A DNA stretch of 64,000 nucleotides from an uncultured virus (IMG/VR IMGVR_UViG_3300001580_000009) (taxonomy: Duplodnaviria > Heunggongvirae > Uroviricota > Caudoviricetes): the IMG/VR virus record IMGVR_UViG_3300001580_000009, one strand, 5' to 3'. Of this stretch, positions 60,313 through 64,000 are shown piece by piece. Below the pieces are notes generated by a model, which saw only the letters and a program-made list of their open reading frames with translations, was not told the DNA's origin and made no database searches. Position 1 is the stretch's first letter; each line of letters starts with the position of its first letter. Position numbers and translations under genes: made by a program.

Positions 60313-61329
60313 ATGACTAACCTATTCAAAAAAGCAGCCGTTTTTACGGATATTCACTATGGCCTAAAGTCAAACAGTCTTCAACATAACCAAGACTGTG
60401 CCAATTTCGTAGATTGGTTTATTACTACTGCCAAAAAAGAAGGGTGTGAAACTTGTTTTTTCTTGGGAGATTGGAATCACCATCGTGCAAGCATTAACAT
60501 TCACACACTACAGTTTGGTCTGCAAGCTTTAGAGAAACTAAGTAGGGCATTCGATAAAGTCTATTTTATTCCCGGAAATCACGATCTATATTATCGTGAT
60601 CGCAGGGACATTCATAGCGTAGAATGGGCTAAACATCTACCCAATTTAACAATCGTCAATGACTTTTTCTCAGAAGGTGATGTTGTCATTGCCCCATGGT
60701 TAGTACAAGAAGATTACAAAAAATTAAAGAAATACAGCGGGAAATACTTATTTGGGCATCTTGAACTACCACGTTTCTACATGAACGCAATGGTAGAAAT
60801 GCCCGATCACGGTGAAATTAACGAAGACCACATGACTGGCTTCGAAATGGTGTTCAGCGGTCACTTTCACAAGCGCCAAAGTCGTAAGAATATTTGGTAC
60901 ATCGGTAATGCTTTCCCGCATAACTATGCTGACGCAGGTGATGACGCACGAGGCATGATGATTTTAGAATGGGGTCAAGAACCTGTTTTTAAGTCATGGC
61001 CTCGTCAACCCATCTATCGTGTTTATAAGCTAAGTGAAGTATTAGATAAGCCAGAAGGCTATCTATTGATTGACTCACATGTGCGTGTTCACTTGGATAT
61101 AGACATAAGTTACGAAGAGGCTAATTTTTTGAGGGAGACTTTTATTCCAGAGTATAAACTCCGTGAGATGACTCTTATCCCCATCAAAAGCGAGGGAATA
61201 GAACAGGGCCAAAATTCTGATGGGTTGAAATTTGAATCAGTAGATCAAATTGTCATAGACCAGATTAATGCGATTGAGAGTAAGAACTTTGATAAGAAGG
61301 TTTTACTAGATATCTACAACAACTTATAA
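60313..61329 (+). CDS. gp47: Recombination endonuclease subunit gp47 (Mre11/SbcD-like)
   Basis: Metallophosphoesterase motifs DIHYG, LGDWNH, GNHD, FGHLE and SGHFH. Confidence 0.93.
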   Translation: MTNLFKKAAVFTDIHYGLKSNSLQHNQDCANFVDWFITTAKKEGCETCFFLGDWNHHRASINIHTLQFGLQALEKLSRAFDKVYFIPGNHDLYYRDRRDIHSVEWAKHLPNLTIVNDFFSEGDVVIAPWLVQEDYKKLKKYSGKYLFGHLELPRFYMNAMVEMPDHGEINEDHMTGFEMVFSGHFHKRQSRKNIWYIGNAFPHNYADAGDDARGMMILEWGQEPVFKSWPRQPIYRVYKLSEVLDKPEGYLLIDSHVRVHLDIDISYEEANFLRETFIPEYKLREMTLIPIKSEGIEQGQNSDGLKFESVDQIVIDQINAIESKNFDKKVLLDIYNNL

Positions 61330-61839
61330 GACAGGAGTCCAACCTTTGACAGCTTTTCGTTTTCCTTTGAAAATCTGATTGACTGTCCCTTTGTTGGCTC
61401 CATATGTCTGTATGAAATTGTATCTGGTCATGATTACTTCAGTTCCGTCTTTATGACGCCAAATATACTCTGTATGATTATACCTGTAATTTCGTTCACC
61501 TGTGTGAGCCAAAGAATTTTTAGTAAGAGTTTCGGTTGTTTTTTGAGGGTGATATTTGCCGCAAGCAAATCCCCCACCGTCTTCAGGAATAAGATTAGCC
61601 CATTGCTTACTCTCAGCAACCGACCATGCTTTGCTATAAAACAGGCCCCAACTTTTTAATGATTCTTTTGAAAAGCACTTTTGTAAAATGTATGTATCAT
61701 GCTCTTTGCCGTGCTTTTTAAGATGACGCTTCCAGACTGTTCCCGATCCTTTGTAATTGAATGGATTTTGTACAGTCTGACAAAGATATTTCAACCCAGT
61801 GATGCGGTGGGTCTTAACTAATAGGTAATAAATAGTCAT
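61324..61839 (-). mobile_element. Free-standing GIY-YIG-like (Seg-type) homing endonuclease gene, antisense to its neighbours
   Basis: IYYLLVKTH..TGLKYLCQT...YKGSG..W..HLKKHG...WANL..EDGGG, followed by NUMOD/HTH-like C-terminus. SD GAGGAG before the ATG at 61839. Confidence 0.72.
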
Positions 61840-61864
61840 GCTGATGCTCCTCAATAGCGTTAGA

Positions 61865-61894
61865 GTAGTTGGGAATCCCCATTCCGCGAACTAC
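61865..61894 (-). promoter_or_regulatory. Stem-loop in the leader of the endonuclease gene
   Basis: Minus strand reads GTAGTT-cgc-GGAAT-gggg-ATTCC-c-AACTAC, just downstream of an ATAAATA box at 61900-61906. Confidence 0.6.
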
Positions 61895-61916
61895 ACTTTT
61901 ATTTATGCCAATTTAG

Positions 61917-61945
61917 TTGAAATGTCTACACCTAATGTATACAAT
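61917..61945 (+). promoter_or_regulatory. Sigma70-type promoter for gp46
   Basis: TTGAAA-N17-TACAAT, 8 nt before the ATG at 61954. Confidence 0.6.
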
Positions 61946-61953
61946 GAGAAACT

Positions 61954-64000
61954 ATGGTAACAATTAAGAATATCACCCTGCGAAATTTTTTATCTATCGG
62001 AAATGTTACTCAAGCAGTAGATTTTGACAAAAAAGATATTACACTAATCTTAGGCGAAAACTTAGACTTAGGTGGCGACGGTGCTAGAAATGGCACCGGT
62101 AAAACCACTCTTATCCAAGGACTTAGTTATGCTTTGTTTGGTGTTCCCATTAATAGCATTCGCAAAGATAACTTAGTAAACCGTACTAATACTAAAGGTA
62201 TGATGGTTACACTTGAGTTTAACGTCAACGGAACTGAATACAAAATTGAGCGTGGTCGCAAGCCTAATATTCTTAAGTTCTACGTAAATAACGTACAGCA
62301 AAAGGCTACTGAAGACCAGCAAGGCGAGAATAAAGAAACCCAAGCTGCGATTGAGCGGGTACTGAACATGACACCCGAAATGTTCAAACATATTGTTGTT
62401 TTGAACACCTACAGCGAACCATTTTTAGCCCTAAAGAACAATGAACAACGTGAAATTATTGAACAACTTTTGGGCATCACTTTGCTTTCAGAGAAAGCCG
62501 AAGTCGTCAAGGATTTGATTCGCCAAAGCAAAGATGATATTCAACAAGAAGAATTTAGAATCAAAGCTGTTGAAGAAGCCAATAAGAGAGTCAAAGAACA
62601 AATTGATGCACTTAAGCGTAGACAAACGCTTTGGGTTAAAAAGCACGACGAAGACCTTAAAGCCTTAGTAGATGCATACGACGAATTGATCAAAATTGAT
62701 ATTGCAAAAGAACTACAAGCCCATAAGGACTTGGTCGTTTGGAATTCTCAAAAGCAACAACAGGATACCTATAACGCATTGCTTGCTAGGTCTACTGCTT
62801 GGAAGCAAAAGCACGACAAAGAAGTTGCCGCTGCGGAGAAGGCGTATCTAGACAAGAATCGTTACAATATTGATGATGAACTACACGCTTGGGCTCAGTT
62901 AAAACTATGGGAGCAAGAAAAAACTGTTCAAGATAATCTTGCTACTGAAATTGCTACCCAAACCAAAAACGTAGAAAAAGAAAAAAAATTAATTTCTAAA
63001 CTAGAAAAAGAGGTTCGGTCACTAGAAGATCACAAGTGTTATGCATGTGGTCAAGATTTCCATGATGAGCAGCACGACAAGGTTCTAAATACCAAGCGCG
63101 AGGATTTGAATCATGCAGTTACTCAGTTAACAGAGTTAAAGGCAAATCTAGATAAAAACAAAAGTCTCGTCAAAGAGCTAGGCCCCAAGCCTACAACTCT
63201 GTATAAGACAGAAGCTGAAGCTATTCGTCATTCTAGTGACCTTGAGAATCTTAAGAAAGCATTAGAAGAAAAAACAAGAGAAACAGACCCATATGCTGAA
63301 CAACTGTCGGAAATGACCGTTGTAGAAGTTGGTCCTATGCCGGTTACTCATTATGATACTGAGCGTGAGGCTATTGAGCATAAGAGTCAGTTGGCTAACT
63401 TAGTAGATCAAATCGAAAAGAAGGCTCATGAAACCGATCCATATACTGATCAAATTGCTGATATGGAGAAGGATGCGATCCAAGAAATCAGTTTTGCGAA
63501 AATCAATGAAATCACGAAAACCATGGAGCACCAAAAGTTTTTGCTTGAATTACTCACTAACAAAGATTCATTTGTTCGTAAGAAGATCATTGATCAAAAC
63601 CTTTCTTACCTAAATGCTCGTTTAACTAATTACATTGATAAGATCGGTTTACCTCATCAAGTTGTATTCAAGAATGACTTACAAGTTGAAATCACTGAAT
63701 TAGGTCGTGAACTTGACTTCGATAACTTAAGTCGCGGGGAACGAAACCGACTAATCTTGAGTCTAAGCTTCGCATTCCGTGACGTATGGGAGAACTTGTA
63801 CGCACCGATTAATACGCTGTTCATTGACGAATTGATTGACTCAGGTCTTGACACTATGGGTGTTGAGAACAGCATCGCCATCTTGAAAGACATGAGTCGT
63901 AGACGACAAAAGTCAATCTGGCTTGTTAGTCACCGTGAGGAACTTGCGGGGCGTGTACCTAGCGTACTCAAGGTTGTAAAAGAGGGCGGCTTCACAACAT
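61954..64000 (+). CDS. gp46: Recombination ATPase gp46 (Rad50/SbcC-like), runs off the window near its C-terminus
   Basis: Not in the ORF track. Manual translation gives MVTIKNITLRNFLSIGN...NGTGKTT (Walker A), CYAC zinc hook at 63037, LSRGE signature, LFIDE..DSGLD (Walker B/D-loop) and VSH. Confidence 0.93.
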   Translation, partial: MVTIKNITLRNFLSIGNVTQAVDFDKKDITLILGENLDLGGDGARNGTGKTTLIQGLSYALFGVPINSIRKDNLVNRTNTKGMMVTLEFNVNGTEYKIERGRKPNILKFYVNNVQQKATEDQQGENKETQAAIERVLNMTPEMFKHIVVLNTYSEPFLALKNNEQREIIEQLLGITLLSEKAEVVKDLIRQSKDDIQQEEFRIKAVEEANKRVKEQIDALKRRQTLWVKKHDEDLKALVDAYDELIKIDIAKELQAHKDLVVWNSQKQQQDTYNALLARSTAWKQKHDKEVAAAEKAYLDKNRYNIDDELHAWAQLKLWEQEKTVQDNLATEIATQTKNVEKEKKLISKLEKEVRSLEDHKCYACGQDFHDEQHDKVLNTKREDLNHAVTQLTELKANLDKNKSLVKELGPKPTTLYKTEAEAIRHSSDLENLKKALEEKTRETDPYAEQLSEMTVVEVGPMPVTHYDTEREAIEHKSQLANLVDQIEKKAHETDPYTDQIADMEKDAIQEISFAKINEITKTMEHQKFLLELLTNKDSFVRKKIIDQNLSYLNARLTNYIDKIGLPHQVVFKNDLQVEITELGRELDFDNLSRGERNRLILSLSFAFRDVWENLYAPINTLFIDELIDSGLDTMGVENSIAILKDMSRRRQKSIWLVSHREELAGRVPSVLKVVKEGGFTT

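Noticed and set aside
62173..63893. Small ORFs listed in the track
   Set aside because: They lie within the gp46 reading frame, which the track omitted because it lacks a stop inside the window.
1..64000. Stop-codon reassignment, introns/inteins, tRNA genes
   Set aside because: Code 11 gives near-complete coding coverage with all three stops used. No split genes or intein motifs were noticed, and intergenic gaps are too short or show no cloverleaf. Not checked computationally.

Overview
AT-rich segment of a large T4-like (myovirus/jumbo-type) phage genome, probably a metagenomic consensus since it has two short clusters of N bases. It uses the standard code 11, with TAA, TAG and TGA all used as stops. 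From 59240 leftwards almost everything is on the minus strand. First comes a baseplate/tail module: gp48/54-like, gp53-like, hub, gp5-like spike, gp25, gp6, a 6353-aa giant multidomain virion protein, a collar-like protein, a tail fibre and another structural protein. This runs directly into a tightly packed ~25 kb enzyme cluster that continues past the window edge. The cluster holds 7 radical SAM enzymes (2 cobalamin-dependent, 4 with an N-terminal Cys-rich twitch-like domain, 1 with a C-terminal one), 8 glycosyltransferase-like genes, a GDP-mannose 3,5-epimerase, an NDP-sugar 6-dehydrogenase, 2 SGNH-like proteins, a miniature DegT-type aminotransferase and an amidinotransferase. T4-type late promoter boxes ((T)ATAAATA) lie in front of both the structural genes and the enzyme genes. 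On the plus strand, behind sigma70-type promoters, are the late sigma factor gp55 and gp47/gp46, with an antisense GIY-YIG-like endonuclease gene inserted between gp47 and gp46. The best candidate for an undescribed system is the late-expressed cluster, which looks like a pathway for building a heavily tailored glycan (aminoglycoside-like chemistry), most plausibly to decorate the virion. All family assignments come from motif recognition by eye, not database searches.
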